64,000 bases of DNA from Candidatus Bathyarchaeota archaeon (GCA_963815095.1 CAWFFH010000003.1:352001-416000); one strand, 5' to 3'; numbered from the stretch's first letter, positions 29,897 through 39,803 are shown. The notes: a model not told the origin generated them from the letters alone. A program made the numbers and translations.

Positions 29897-30527
29897 TTGT
29901 TTTTCTCCTTGTAAAGATATCTCCGTTTCTCCCAGCTATGCGGATGGCGGAGGAAATATGCCTGACTCCTCTGCTACGCTTATTTTCTTTTAAAGGGTTG
30001 TTAGTTCGAGCCTCGCCTACAACTATTAAGACTACTTGAGGCGACAAAGCATAATCCAGGTCTTCAAGCAAGTCCTTGTAGACTGGAACTCCGTTACCAA
30101 TCTTAACAGATACCTCAGTTACTGTGAAGTTAACGTTTCTGAGTACTTTGTGTATGTTGTTAAGTATTTCTTTAGTGCTAAAGCAATAGCTTCCTCAATA
30201 ACTTTTCCATCTCCCAAAGCAACCAACCCAATTGACGCTCCCGGATCTATGCCGAATCCTATTTTTCTGAGAGCTTCCTTTCCCAAAAGCAACATCTTTA
30301 CTTGTTCCATTAACCTGGTCCAGCTCCTCTTCACTTCTGACAGCCAAAATATTTTCGTGATTTATCAAATGCTTTTCTTATTCGGTTGTTATAACCAACG
30401 TTATCTTGACTGGCACCGATTCTCCGGGAACTAAACTGATGAATGGAATATTTTTTTCCTTTAACTTATTGACCAATAGAAAGTAGGCTTTGCCTTGAAC
30501 TGTAGCGACAGCAACTTTTTCTTTCAT
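29871..30527 (-). pseudogene. Disrupted conserved gene with an RNase H-like (GIDPG) domain
   Basis: ATG at 30527 gives MKEKVAVATVQGKAYF..VITTE, then an in-frame TAA at 30378-30380; continues in other frames as ..GIDPGASIGLVALGDGKVIEE.. and ..KIGNGVP..HISSAIRIAGR. Confidence 0.75.
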
Positions 30528-30594
30528 AAAGCAACCTTAAAGTATACGTTTAAGTGCAAATCACATAATTAGTTTTAAGTTAACAATCCTTGAC

Positions 30595-31296
30595 GTGAAG
30601 AGCATGGCGATAATCCAGACAGGAAGCAAATGCATTGACAACACCATAGGCGGAGGTATCTCGCCAGAAACGGTCACGTTAATTTACGGTGAACCTGAAA
30701 CTGGAAAAACAACTCTTGCAATGCAGTGCGCAGTAAACTGTGCTCTCGAGAACTTTAAGGTGCTCTTTGTCGACTGCGATAACAGTTTCTATGCCAAAAG
30801 GCTCTCTCAAATTGCAAAAGACCAGTTTGATACGATAGCTGAACGAATTATTTTAGTTAAGCCTAAGGATTTTAAGGAGCAAACTATACTCATCGACAAT
30901 ATCCAAGATTATACAGCCAATGTGGGCTTGATTTTAATTGACACTTTCACTTCGCTTTATGGGGCAAAAGTCTGCGAAAACTCAGGCAAAGCGTTTGGTA
31001 TTAATCGGGAATTAAACAGGCAACTAGCTATTTTGGCGCAAGTAGTGAAGATAAAAAAAATCCCAGTCTTAATAACAAGCCAGGTACGCAGCGTATTCAC
31101 CGATGAGTGTACAAGCGTTAGACCTGTGGCAACTCGTGTTTTGAAGTTCTGGGCAGATACCATAATCGCCTTAAAACCCACTCAGAATCCTCAAACAATC
31201 AAGGTGGTTGTGGAGAAAGCACGGGAAATCGAGCAAGACGTAACGTGTTATGTACAAATAGGGGAACCTGGAATACAAGATACACAATCGCCCTGA
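30595..31296 (+). CDS. radB: RadB-like RecA-family ATPase
   Basis: TG..ID..GGG, GEPETGKT, LILIDT, PVLITSQV; no N-terminal HhH domain. Confidence 0.85.
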   Translation: MKSMAIIQTGSKCIDNTIGGGISPETVTLIYGEPETGKTTLAMQCAVNCALENFKVLFVDCDNSFYAKRLSQIAKDQFDTIAERIILVKPKDFKEQTILIDNIQDYTANVGLILIDTFTSLYGAKVCENSGKAFGINRELNRQLAILAQVVKIKKIPVLITSQVRSVFTDECTSVRPVATRVLKFWADTIIALKPTQNPQTIKVVVEKAREIEQDVTCYVQIGEPGIQDTQSP

Positions 31297-31303
31297 CGCA
31301 TGG

Positions 31304-31816
31304 TTGAACCCAATGGATATAGCCCTGATAATTGTTGAAGCCTTAAAGTTTATTTTCCCAGCTTACTGTGCCAACGGGACACCAGTGCTTGCGGGCGGCG
31401 GAACAAAGATGGATTTCGGGAGGAACTTTATGGATGGCAAACGAGTTTTCGGGAACAACAAGACCTTCCGAGGGTTCTTTTTCGGCTGGGGAGTCGGCAT
31501 AGCGGTTGGGTTAATGGAAGGGTTTACTTTTGGTTTTCAAAATTACCCAGTACTGTTTGCGTTGCTTATTCCCTTAGGAGCTCTTTTGGGTGATTTAACC
31601 GGTGCATTCATAAAACGAAGGTTAAGCATTGCACCAGGCGGTTTACTTCCAATTGTTGACCAAATTGATTTTGTGGTTGGCGCTGTTGTGTTTTCGCTTC
31701 CATTAGCTTTGATTGGGTGGGAAGTTGCAGCAACGGTTTTGTTGATTACGCCCCCAATTCACCTGTTCACCAACTTTTTAGCGTATAAACTGAAGTTGAA
31801 GAGGCATCCTTGGTAG
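31304..31816 (+). CDS. carS: CDP-archaeol synthase
   Basis: PAYCAN, DGKRVFGNNKT, GDLTGAFIKRR, DQIDF, KRHPW. Confidence 0.93.
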   Translation: MNPMDIALIIVEALKFIFPAYCANGTPVLAGGGTKMDFGRNFMDGKRVFGNNKTFRGFFFGWGVGIAVGLMEGFTFGFQNYPVLFALLIPLGALLGDLTGAFIKRRLSIAPGGLLPIVDQIDFVVGAVVFSLPLALIGWEVAATVLLITPPIHLFTNFLAYKLKLKRHPW

Positions 31817-31869
31817 GCTTAAAATTATCAAATTAAAAAACTAGTAAGAATAGGCGAATGAAAAAAAGG

Positions 31870-32301
31870 TTATCGCCCTTGGTTTATCTTGAAAGCAATT
31901 GAGCCTTCCAAGAACACGTATGACAATAGTAAGAGTGTTACACCTACTATTAGTAACATATAGGCTTGCCTTGGTTTATATGCGCTCTTTGTGCTTTGGT
32001 AAATCGATAGTAAACCAACGAACCCTAGTGCATAGAGGGATATCGCAATTAGAGTATCTGCTACGAATTGATTGCTGATGTCTGGGTACAGGAAGAAGAA
32101 CTGTCCAGTTTGAGAATTGTAGTAAGACGTAATGGGATGATTAATTAGAGTAAAGAGACCTCCCCCGAAGAGGAATATTACGTAGGATATCCCAACAGCA
32201 GTTACTATGAATGCCGTAGGTGCATTTGTGGTAAGCTTGCGGAACCATCGGCTAACCGAAAACGATACTTTCGAAGAGCTTTTCTTTATTGTTGTGGTCA
32301 T
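31870..32301 (-). CDS. OST3/OST6-DC2(OSTC)-like three-TM membrane protein
   Basis: SYVIFLFGGGLF..P..F..SNQFVADTL..LYALGFVGL..LLIVG..LLSY parallels the recalled DC2/OSTC sequence. Confidence 0.6.
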   Translation of the reverse strand: MTTTIKKSSSKVSFSVSRWFRKLTTNAPTAFIVTAVGISYVIFLFGGGLFTLINHPITSYYNSQTGQFFFLYPDISNQFVADTLIAISLYALGFVGLLSIYQSTKSAYKPRQAYMLLIVGVTLLLLSYVFLEGSIAFKINQGR

Positions 32302-32434
32302 CTTCCGTTCCCATCCTCAATCAGGTACTTTGCTACTTCTTTACCCCATACTCCAGTTAATGAATTTTTCTGAATCCAATTAAATACTGACAGGTAAGAC
32401 CAACGATTCGAAGGAGTTACAGTCAAATTAGTCA

Positions 32435-33058
32435 CTAAATTTTACTTGTTTTCCTCAGAATATTTTCTGCAATTTCCAGATCTTTTGTGGTGTTGATGTT
32501 TAGAAGAACTTCGGTTTCCTCCGTAATTACAGCACTGGTTTCGATTTTGCCGTCACCTTGGATTTTGGTTCCGTTTATGATATTTACTCCTGAAACCGCG
32601 AACCACTCACCTTTGTATTCATCAGTAGAGGAAATGGAAAGCCCCAAGTCCTGTCTTGTTTTTATAGGTACAAAAACGGCTAAAAAGTCTTTCCCACAGA
32701 CCTCAAACTCGCTAATGATTTTGTCGAGGACCTGCCCTGTTATTGCTGGCACATCGGAAGGCATCGTGAGCAGTGGACCAGTCAAATTTGCCTTCGAAAC
32801 TGCTTGTTTTAGGTCATTGTGGTAGCCTTTGGCGTCTGTGCGCAGAATCTTCCAACCCTTAGCTAAGCAGTGTTTTTCGGTTTCAGACGTGTTAGGGCTA
32901 GTTACAATGTAAAACTCGGAAACGTTTTCAGCATCCAAGATTGCTGCGACAACCCAATCAATAAGAGCCTTGCCCAAAAACGGCAACAGCGGCTTCTCAG
33001 TAGGTAACCCCATGCGCGAACCTCTTCCGCCAGCCATAATCAAAGCAGGAATTTTCAT
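32435..33058 (-). CDS. cobY: CobY-like nucleotidyltransferase, copy 1
   Basis: ALIMAGGRGSRM..EKPL, YHNDL, PSDVP, NINT..DL. Confidence 0.82.
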   Translation of the reverse strand: MKIPALIMAGGRGSRMGLPTEKPLLPFLGKALIDWVVAAILDAENVSEFYIVTSPNTSETEKHCLAKGWKILRTDAKGYHNDLKQAVSKANLTGPLLTMPSDVPAITGQVLDKIISEFEVCGKDFLAVFVPIKTRQDLGLSISSTDEYKGEWFAVSGVNIINGTKIQGDGKIETSAVITEETEVLLNINTTKDLEIAENILRKTSKI

Positions 33059-33888
33059 ATCAGAAGCAGCACCACCGCAAACAAAACCAACGTCGCAGCC
33101 CTTGCAACCTCGTTTGTTGCCCCAATCATGTCGCCCGAAACCCCGCCGAAAACACCCTCCGAAATTTTTTTCATGATAAACGCAACTGGAATGCTGACTA
33201 AAACTATGCTCACGGCCACTAATCCTAAAACAGGATTGCCGATAGCGTCAAAAAGTGGGAAGATCACCAAAATCGTAATTACGTAAGCAACTATGTTGAG
33301 TTTCTTTTTGGCTTTGGATAGAAAAATCGATCCTAACCCTTTATGGCTGGGTTTGCCTACCCAAACAATCGTTACCATCGCTAATTTAGCGGCAATTTCT
33401 GCGGCGATAACTGCACCAAAAGCAAATAATGGATTAACGACAAAGGACAGTCCTACAAATGCGGCAAACTCGACAACTAACGCTAAAATAGCTCCTGAAT
33501 AGGTTACCGTCCAAGCATGAGCAACCATTTTTCGGTCATGCACGTTCCGCAAACCAACTGCGTTGCCTAAGTCGATTAAGCCGTCGAAGTGTTGCAGACC
33601 AGTTATAACGCTTAGGAAAGCTATCGTCATGGCTGCTGGAAGTAAAGTTGGAAAAACCCATATTGGCAAACCTATGAGGTTGTGGATTAAATTCAACAAA
33701 AAGCCTACGATTATGCTTGAACCCGTAAGATATAATCCAGCAAGTAAACCGATGAAACCGCCGATTAACGGAAAAAGCCAAACGTTCTCTGCCGTTGTGA
33801 AAATGAAATCTTCTTTTCCCCCAACCGGAATTATGGTTAGGAAAGATAGCAAATCCCTAAAAGTTTTTATAGTTTTCACAGGCGACAT
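33055..33888 (-). CDS. cobS: CobS-family membrane protein, divergent copy 1
   Basis: SFLTIIP, FPLIG, GLQHFDGLID, GGVSGDMIGA; two conserved Asp positions altered. Confidence 0.75.
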   Translation of the reverse strand: MSPVKTIKTFRDLLSFLTIIPVGGKEDFIFTTAENVWLFPLIGGFIGLLAGLYLTGSSIIVGFLLNLIHNLIGLPIWVFPTLLPAAMTIAFLSVITGLQHFDGLIDLGNAVGLRNVHDRKMVAHAWTVTYSGAILALVVEFAAFVGLSFVVNPLFAFGAVIAAEIAAKLAMVTIVWVGKPSHKGLGSIFLSKAKKKLNIVAYVITILVIFPLFDAIGNPVLGLVAVSIVLVSIPVAFIMKKISEGVFGGVSGDMIGATNEVARAATLVLFAVVLLLI

Positions 33889-33936
33889 ATACTTACAACC
33901 TTACTAATAGAGAATATAGGCTTTGTCGTGAATTAG

Positions 33937-34872
33937 ATGGCTGAATTGAAAGGAAAAAAAGTACTAGTTACTGGTGGAGCAGGCTTCATAGGCTACCACC
34001 TTTGCAGCAAACTATCAACTCTTACTGATGATTTAATGATTTATGATAACCTTTCAAGCGGCCTAACGAAAAATGTTAAGGATGTCCCCAAAGCCAGCTT
34101 TGTAAAAGGCGACATATTGGATATTAATACACTCTGCAACCTCCCTAAGAGCGATTTAATCTATCATTTAGCGGCACAAGTTGTGGTTGGTTACTCTATG
34201 GAGAACCCTCTTGTTGATTTTGAGACTAACGCTAAAGGCACACTTTGTGTTTTAGAAAAAGCCCGCAAAGATGATGCAAAAGTTGTGTTTGCATCTAGTG
34301 CCGCTGTCTATGGAAACCCGGCGGTCTTTCCAACTCCTGAATCATATGGTTTTCATCCATTTTCTTGTTATGGATTGTCCAAGGTGGTCGGCGAAGAATA
34401 CTGCCAAATGTACCGGGAACAATACGGCTTAGACATCGTAATTACGCGGTTCGCCAACGTTTATGGTTTGCGATGCCATGGCGTAATCCATGATTTCCTG
34501 GATAAACTAGCTAAGAATCCCAATAAACTTGAAATTATTGGTACTGGTCAGCAATGCCGCGATTTTGTGCATGTTTCTGATGTGGTTGAGGCTTTAGTTA
34601 AGGTAGGTTCAGAAGATTACGTTAATGGCGAAGTCTACAATTTGGGACTCGGCAAAACCACTTCAATAATCGAATTGGCCAAATTGATACTCACAATCCT
34701 TAATCTCCAAAACAAAACCGTCGTGACAACCACCGGCGTCTCCTGGCAAGGTGACGTAACCAAAATCTGGTTTGATATCTCCAAAGCCAAAAAAGATCTC
34801 AAATGGACGCCCAAGGTAACATTGGAAGATTCCATCAAAGAAGTCATCGCTGACAGGAAAATTAAGAAATGA
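33937..34872 (+). CDS. NAD-dependent NDP-sugar epimerase/dehydratase
   Basis: TGGAGFIG, ASSAAVYG, YGLSK, RDFVHVSD. Confidence 0.93.
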   Translation: MAELKGKKVLVTGGAGFIGYHLCSKLSTLTDDLMIYDNLSSGLTKNVKDVPKASFVKGDILDINTLCNLPKSDLIYHLAAQVVVGYSMENPLVDFETNAKGTLCVLEKARKDDAKVVFASSAAVYGNPAVFPTPESYGFHPFSCYGLSKVVGEEYCQMYREQYGLDIVITRFANVYGLRCHGVIHDFLDKLAKNPNKLEIIGTGQQCRDFVHVSDVVEALVKVGSEDYVNGEVYNLGLGKTTSIIELAKLILTILNLQNKTVVTTTGVSWQGDVTKIWFDISKAKKDLKWTPKVTLEDSIKEVIADRKIKK

Positions 34873-35771
34873 ACGTTGCCGGGTCAGCTAGAGCTTTAGT
34901 TGCTTTGCTGCGGCTACCTTACTGGCTGATGACCGGCGGTTTGGCGGTGCTGACAGCATTTGCTATCCTAAAAGGCAACTTTTCAAATATACAAACCAGT
35001 GTTGGAATTTTGGATTTTGGTGTAGTTGTTCTTTTGACCTTTTTTTCTATGGCGTTCATCGCGTCGGCGGGATTCGCCATTAACGATTATTTTGACCACG
35101 AAAGTGACGCAATTATAAAACCAAAACGCCCCATCCCTTCAGGCGCCCTCACCTTAAAACAGGCTGTAGTGGTTACGGGCGTGCTTTTTGCGTTAGGTTT
35201 AGTTTTGTCGGCAATTATAAATTGGCTAAGTTTTGCCATCATAGCCTTGGATTCGCTTCTGCTCTTGGTTTACTCCTACATGGTGAAACGGAAATCGGGG
35301 TTCGCCGCTAATTTACTAATGGGCATATTAACGGGAACAGCTTTCATTTTTGGGCAAGCAACCGTTACGGGCACTATAACGCTAGTTTCTTTGAGCCTAT
35401 ACCCAATTGCGTTTGGCACAATCGGCGGCAATATTCTCCGTGACGTTTTAAGTATGGAAGGAGACGCAAAAGTCGGTTATCCCACATTGCCCCAGAAAAT
35501 CGGCGCAGTTAGCGCAGCTAAAGTCGGCGGAATATTCTTTCTTTTAACTGGCTTACTTTCGCCTCTTCCCTTTCTCATAGGAAACTTTACGGTGTATTAT
35601 TTGCCGTTGATTCTTTTATGGAGTGTTCTTTTAATCTACTCGTCTATACGTCTGTTCGCGTCAAGTTCAACCATAGAAGATATACGCAAGTATGAACGGT
35701 TGGTAACGATGTCAATGATGCTGTTGCCGCTTGCACTCATCGTTGAGGCTATCTTTGGATGGTTAATATGA
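34869..35771 (+). CDS. UbiA-family prenyltransferase (DGGGP synthase-like)
   Basis: INDYFDHESD..RPIPSG; EGD..GYPTLP; multiple TM segments. Confidence 0.88.
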   Translation: MNVAGSARALVALLRLPYWLMTGGLAVLTAFAILKGNFSNIQTSVGILDFGVVVLLTFFSMAFIASAGFAINDYFDHESDAIIKPKRPIPSGALTLKQAVVVTGVLFALGLVLSAIINWLSFAIIALDSLLLLVYSYMVKRKSGFAANLLMGILTGTAFIFGQATVTGTITLVSLSLYPIAFGTIGGNILRDVLSMEGDAKVGYPTLPQKIGAVSAAKVGGIFFLLTGLLSPLPFLIGNFTVYYLPLILLWSVLLIYSSIRLFASSSTIEDIRKYERLVTMSMMLLPLALIVEAIFGWLI

Positions 35772-37234
35772 GTGAAACCAAAAGCATTTGTCCCGAATGC
35801 CAAAAGAAAATAGATGCCCAACTGCGAGAGTCCAACGGCAAAATTCAAATCACCAAACTATGCCCTGAACATGGCGAATTCAAAGCCACACACTGGCAAA
35901 GTACCCCAATCTACAATCACATGCAAAAATATGATCAATTCCAGTACCTTGGTGACCTTAACGCGCCAAAAAACCCCGATGGGTGTCCTTACAAATGTGA
36001 AACCTGCACCGAGCACGCGTCAGGCACGGTCATTGGCGTAATTGACGTAACTAAACGGTGTAATTTCAGGTGTGCAGTTTGCTTCTCTACTTTTCCAGAT
36101 CAAGAAGCAGATTATGAACCCACCAAAGAAGCTCTTATAAAAATGCTGGAGTTCGCAAGCAAAGCCAGCCCTAAACCGCCAGCAATTCTGTTCTCAGGCG
36201 GCGAACCCCTCGAACGCGAAGATATGCCTGAAATCATCGCAGTTGCTCATAAATTGAAATTCATGACTATCCTGGCAACCAATGGAACTCATTTGGTTGA
36301 CACCCCGGGATTAGCTAAGAAACTCAAAGATAACGGCTTAAACATTGTTTATTTATCGTTTGACAGCTTCCATGAAGACTTTAATAGGAAAATTAGGGGC
36401 CGAGAACTCTTAGATATGAAGCTTAAGGCCATCGATGTTTGCCGCACCTACGACATGGAAATTATCCTCGTCAATACATTAATGAAAAGTCTAAATGACA
36501 ACGAAGTCGGCGACATGATCAAGTTTGCATCTCAAAACACCGACATCGTCCGCGGCTTAATCTTTCAACCTATCGCCTTCACTGGCAGAGCCACTGAGAA
36601 CCCGTTCCGCGAAAACTTCCGTGAATGGAGCTTTGCTGAGGACGTGGAAAAGCAAACTCATGGCGAAATAAAGTCAACCGACCTATATCCGATGTCGGTT
36701 ATGACTTCTCCAATTAAGATTATGCGTAAATTCATGCAGAAGCCCTGGCCGCTATTTTCATGCAGTCCGCAGTGCGGCATAGTAAACTGGGTTTACGTGT
36801 CGAAAAGTGGCAAAATGTTCCCAATTAATCGCTTTGTAAACTTCGATCGCTTCTTCAACAGCATCCGAAAAACCGCTGAAAACGCCGAGTCCAAAGGAAA
36901 AATGTCCCTGCTCTCATCGCTGTTCATGGCATCGATGTTGTCCATGGACATGTTTCTTGTGACAAAAGAAGTTGGCATGCCAACCCTTATGAAATCAATA
37001 ATGCGAATGCACCTTGCACCATCCTACCAGTCGCTGGGCAAAATCCGCAGAAGAATCTTCCTTTTGGGTTGCATGGCGTTCATGGATTCCTACAACTTCG
37101 ACGTTAACCGTGTCCGCCGATGCGTCGTCCACTACATTACACCAGACCTGAAAATTATTCCGTTCTGCGCCTACAACAACGTCCACCGGGTCGCCATCGA
37201 AAAAGCATACGCTGAAAGACACAAGAAAACTTAA
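35759..37234 (+). CDS. Radical SAM protein, tetraether lipid synthase (Tes/MJ0619) family
   Basis: N-terminal CPEC..CPEH, CPYKCETC..H, radical SAM CNFRCAVC, C-terminal FMD.YNFD..R..CVVHY..IIPFCAYN. Confidence 0.82.
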   Translation: MVNMSETKSICPECQKKIDAQLRESNGKIQITKLCPEHGEFKATHWQSTPIYNHMQKYDQFQYLGDLNAPKNPDGCPYKCETCTEHASGTVIGVIDVTKRCNFRCAVCFSTFPDQEADYEPTKEALIKMLEFASKASPKPPAILFSGGEPLEREDMPEIIAVAHKLKFMTILATNGTHLVDTPGLAKKLKDNGLNIVYLSFDSFHEDFNRKIRGRELLDMKLKAIDVCRTYDMEIILVNTLMKSLNDNEVGDMIKFASQNTDIVRGLIFQPIAFTGRATENPFRENFREWSFAEDVEKQTHGEIKSTDLYPMSVMTSPIKIMRKFMQKPWPLFSCSPQCGIVNWVYVSKSGKMFPINRFVNFDRFFNSIRKTAENAESKGKMSLLSSLFMASMLSMDMFLVTKEVGMPTLMKSIMRMHLAPSYQSLGKIRRRIFLLGCMAFMDSYNFDVNRVRRCVVHYITPDLKIIPFCAYNNVHRVAIEKAYAERHKKT

Positions 37235-37326
37235 CAACCATAGTCTCAACAGTTTTTTCTCAACTATTAACTATGAAAACGGCCATCGAACTACCCCTCA
37301 TAAGGGTTTGCGAGTTGGTCAAAAGT

Positions 37327-37848
37327 TTAGTCTATCACTTGGAGGTTTAGGACACAGTAATCCTCAGTAAAAACGAGCGCGCCATCTTTGTGTTGCCAGA
37401 GTTCAAAAACCACCGAGTAAATTCCAACTTGGTTCTCCGTCACTGTTACCGCGTTTTCTACGGCTTTTCCGTTGTTGTTTAAGTTACCCGTTTCAATGGT
37501 TTGGTTGGGCTGGGCGTCAACTGGGAATGTGGAGAGGTTTTGAGTGATTTTTACTTGAATTTGATAACTGGCTGCTTGGTCCATGTGATTTTCTACAGCC
37601 ACATACACTTTGAAAGTGCTGTTCTGGTTAGCGACTAAAACTTCCGGGTAGTCAACGGCTCTGTTTTGAGCATCCAGCAAGTAGATTGTGTTATATGATT
37701 CAGCCTGCGGTTTAAGCACAAAATAGTATCCTGCAATTGTGGCGGAAACGATAAGTAACGCAAGAAAAATGGCAACTGCGAAGCCTTTTTCCTCATTTAA
37801 ACCGATTTTGTTTCCAATTCTCTTGGCACTTTCTAAACGTATCCGCAT
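37327..37848 (-). CDS. DUF1616-like membrane-anchored protein
   Basis: One N-terminal TM, then IYLLD..AVDYP, VENH, VVFELW; start codon uncertain. Confidence 0.65.
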   Translation of the reverse strand: MRIRLESAKRIGNKIGLNEEKGFAVAIFLALLIVSATIAGYYFVLKPQAESYNTIYLLDAQNRAVDYPEVLVANQNSTFKVYVAVENHMDQAASYQIQVKITQNLSTFPVDAQPNQTIETGNLNNNGKAVENAVTVTENQVGIYSVVFELWQHKDGALVFTEDYCVLNLQVID

Positions 37849-38527
37849 CCAAAAATCCTCTAAACATAGTGCTGAATATCTCAATTCCAGACTTAAATCT
37901 TCTCAATTTAGGCCTCCCATACTTACGGGTTTTGTAAGTGGTGGGAACCTCAATCATGCTGTAGCCTTCCTTGGCAAATTGGATAAGCATCTCCGTTGCA
38001 TAAGCCATATCGTATGCTTTGAGTTCCACATTGTTGATGGCTTCATGCGATATTGCCCTAAAACCTGATTGGGTATCGCTGAGGAATTGGCTGAAGAAGA
38101 AATCGTAGAAGGTTGTGATTACTTTATTGCCGATGAAATTCATCAGTCCCATGGCTTTGTTGGGGTCGTACATGCGGGTAGCTAAAACCATATCGGCGTC
38201 TTTTTCTACCATCTTTGCAATCATGCGGTTGATATGACGTACCTCGTAGGTTCCGTCGCCGTCAACCATTATAATAATGTTGCCTTTGGCGTTTTTCATG
38301 CCGGTCATTAACGCTAAACCATAGCCCCGTCGGGGTTCTATGATGAGTCTGCAATAGCCTAGGCTTTGAACGATTTCTTTGGTGCCATCTGTAGAGTTGC
38401 CGTCAACCACAATAATTTCCTTAGGATAGGAGAGGTCGTTGTGGATAGTAGATATTGCTTCCAGAATGTTTCCTGCTTCGTTTAGTGTTGGAATTACCAC
38501 CGAAACCATTTCAACTTTTGACGTCAT
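37793..38527 (-). CDS. GT2 glycosyltransferase (dolichol-P-sugar synthase-like)
   Basis: VVIPTLNE, VVDGNSTDGT, GYGLA, DGDGTY, DTQSGFR. Confidence 0.92.
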   Translation of the reverse strand: MTSKVEMVSVVIPTLNEAGNILEAISTIHNDLSYPKEIIVVDGNSTDGTKEIVQSLGYCRLIIEPRRGYGLALMTGMKNAKGNIIIMVDGDGTYEVRHINRMIAKMVEKDADMVLATRMYDPNKAMGLMNFIGNKVITTFYDFFFSQFLSDTQSGFRAISHEAINNVELKAYDMAYATEMLIQFAKEGYSMIEVPTTYKTRKYGRPKLRRFKSGIEIFSTMFRGFLDADTFRKCQENWKQNRFK

Positions 38528-38572
38528 CAGCTAACTTCCATTTCAAAGGGCTAATATGTTTCCGTTACATGG

Positions 38573-39766
38573 TTAAATAAGCTCTTCGTATATATCGACG
38601 AGGCTTTCAACGTTTGCATCCCAACTAAACTTCTCTTCCATCAAGGCGCGAAGCTCTTTTTTGCGTGAAGAGAAATCAAGAGCTGCAAAACCTAAGATTG
38701 CCTTTGCAAGCAACTGTGGCTGACTAGGCGGAACCAGTTTTCCATAATCCTCCATCAACACTTCTCTTATTCCCCCCACGTCAGTAGCTACAACTGGTAT
38801 TGCACAAGCCATGGCTTCGAGTGCAACCAAAGGCAATCCTTCACCAGACTTTGAAGGTAAAACAAACATGTCCGCGGCATTGTAATAGAAAGGTAAATCC
38901 TCATCACTGACAAAGCCTGCAAGCCTAAAATTCGTTTCAAGTCCCAACTCTTGAATTTTTAATTTAACGTTGTCGGAATCAGGACCTTTCCCAACAGCTA
39001 AAAACATTATTCGTGGGTTCTTCTTAATTGCAATATTGGCGCTGTCGATTAATGTATCAATGCCGTTCTTATAGACAAGCCGCCTTACTGTTAAAACAAG
39101 GATGGCGTCTTGCGGTATCCCCAGTTTTTTCCGCATTTCTTCGCGTTTTCCAGGGATGAGTCGAAACCTTGCTAAGTCAACGCCGTTATAGATGACCTTT
39201 ACTTTCGACGGTTTGGCACCTAACCTAAGAACATAATCTTTTGTAGCGTTACTAATTGCGATTATTTTATCGGCGTTTTGAAGGTTTTGTTTTCCCACAG
39301 TAAAGTCATTTAATCTTTCAACATTGTCAAAAATGTTATTGTATTCTATGAAAGTATTGTGTTGAGTGAGAACGAAAGGTTTGGAGTACAGTTTGGCAAG
39401 TCTTCCCGCAAGGAGCGAAGTTAGGTATGGGTGTCCATGAGCGTGGACTATCTTGCTTTTGTTCACTGCTTTTAGAAAAGTTGGAAAACTTGCAATGGTT
39501 GGAATCGAATATGGAATCCCAAGGCGAAAACCAGTGTTGAGCGATTCATAGCATTCAACGTTTACGCCGTCAACCACATAATTTTTTGGTGTACCAATTC
39601 TGTTAGTTACAATTAAAGGTTCAAAATCGCTTATCTGCAACAGACGCTTGCTTTGTTCATTAACCACCTTTTCTATACCGCCAACATGCGGCAGAAAAGT
39701 GTGTGTTACAATGCAAAGCCGTGTTTGAACCATGGAAGCCCAACAGAGTATTTCCTCAATCGACAA
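38573..39766 (-). CDS. GT4 glycosyltransferase
   Basis: GGIEK, VIYNGVD, EGLPLVALEAMAC; start probably MVQTR. Confidence 0.92.
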   Translation of the reverse strand: MSIEEILCWASMVQTRLCIVTHTFLPHVGGIEKVVNEQSKRLLQISDFEPLIVTNRIGTPKNYVVDGVNVECYESLNTGFRLGIPYSIPTIASFPTFLKAVNKSKIVHAHGHPYLTSLLAGRLAKLYSKPFVLTQHNTFIEYNNIFDNVERLNDFTVGKQNLQNADKIIAISNATKDYVLRLGAKPSKVKVIYNGVDLARFRLIPGKREEMRKKLGIPQDAILVLTVRRLVYKNGIDTLIDSANIAIKKNPRIMFLAVGKGPDSDNVKLKIQELGLETNFRLAGFVSDEDLPFYYNAADMFVLPSKSGEGLPLVALEAMACAIPVVATDVGGIREVLMEDYGKLVPPSQPQLLAKAILGFAALDFSSRKKELRALMEEKFSWDANVESLVDIYEELI

Positions 39767-39803
39767 GGTATTATAATCTTATGGTAAAAAGCAAAAAGAG
39801 AGG

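Noticed and set aside
30378-30380. Stop-codon recoding (Sec/Pyl) in the disrupted gene
   Set aside because: The codon is TAA, not TGA or TAG, and additional frameshifts are present.
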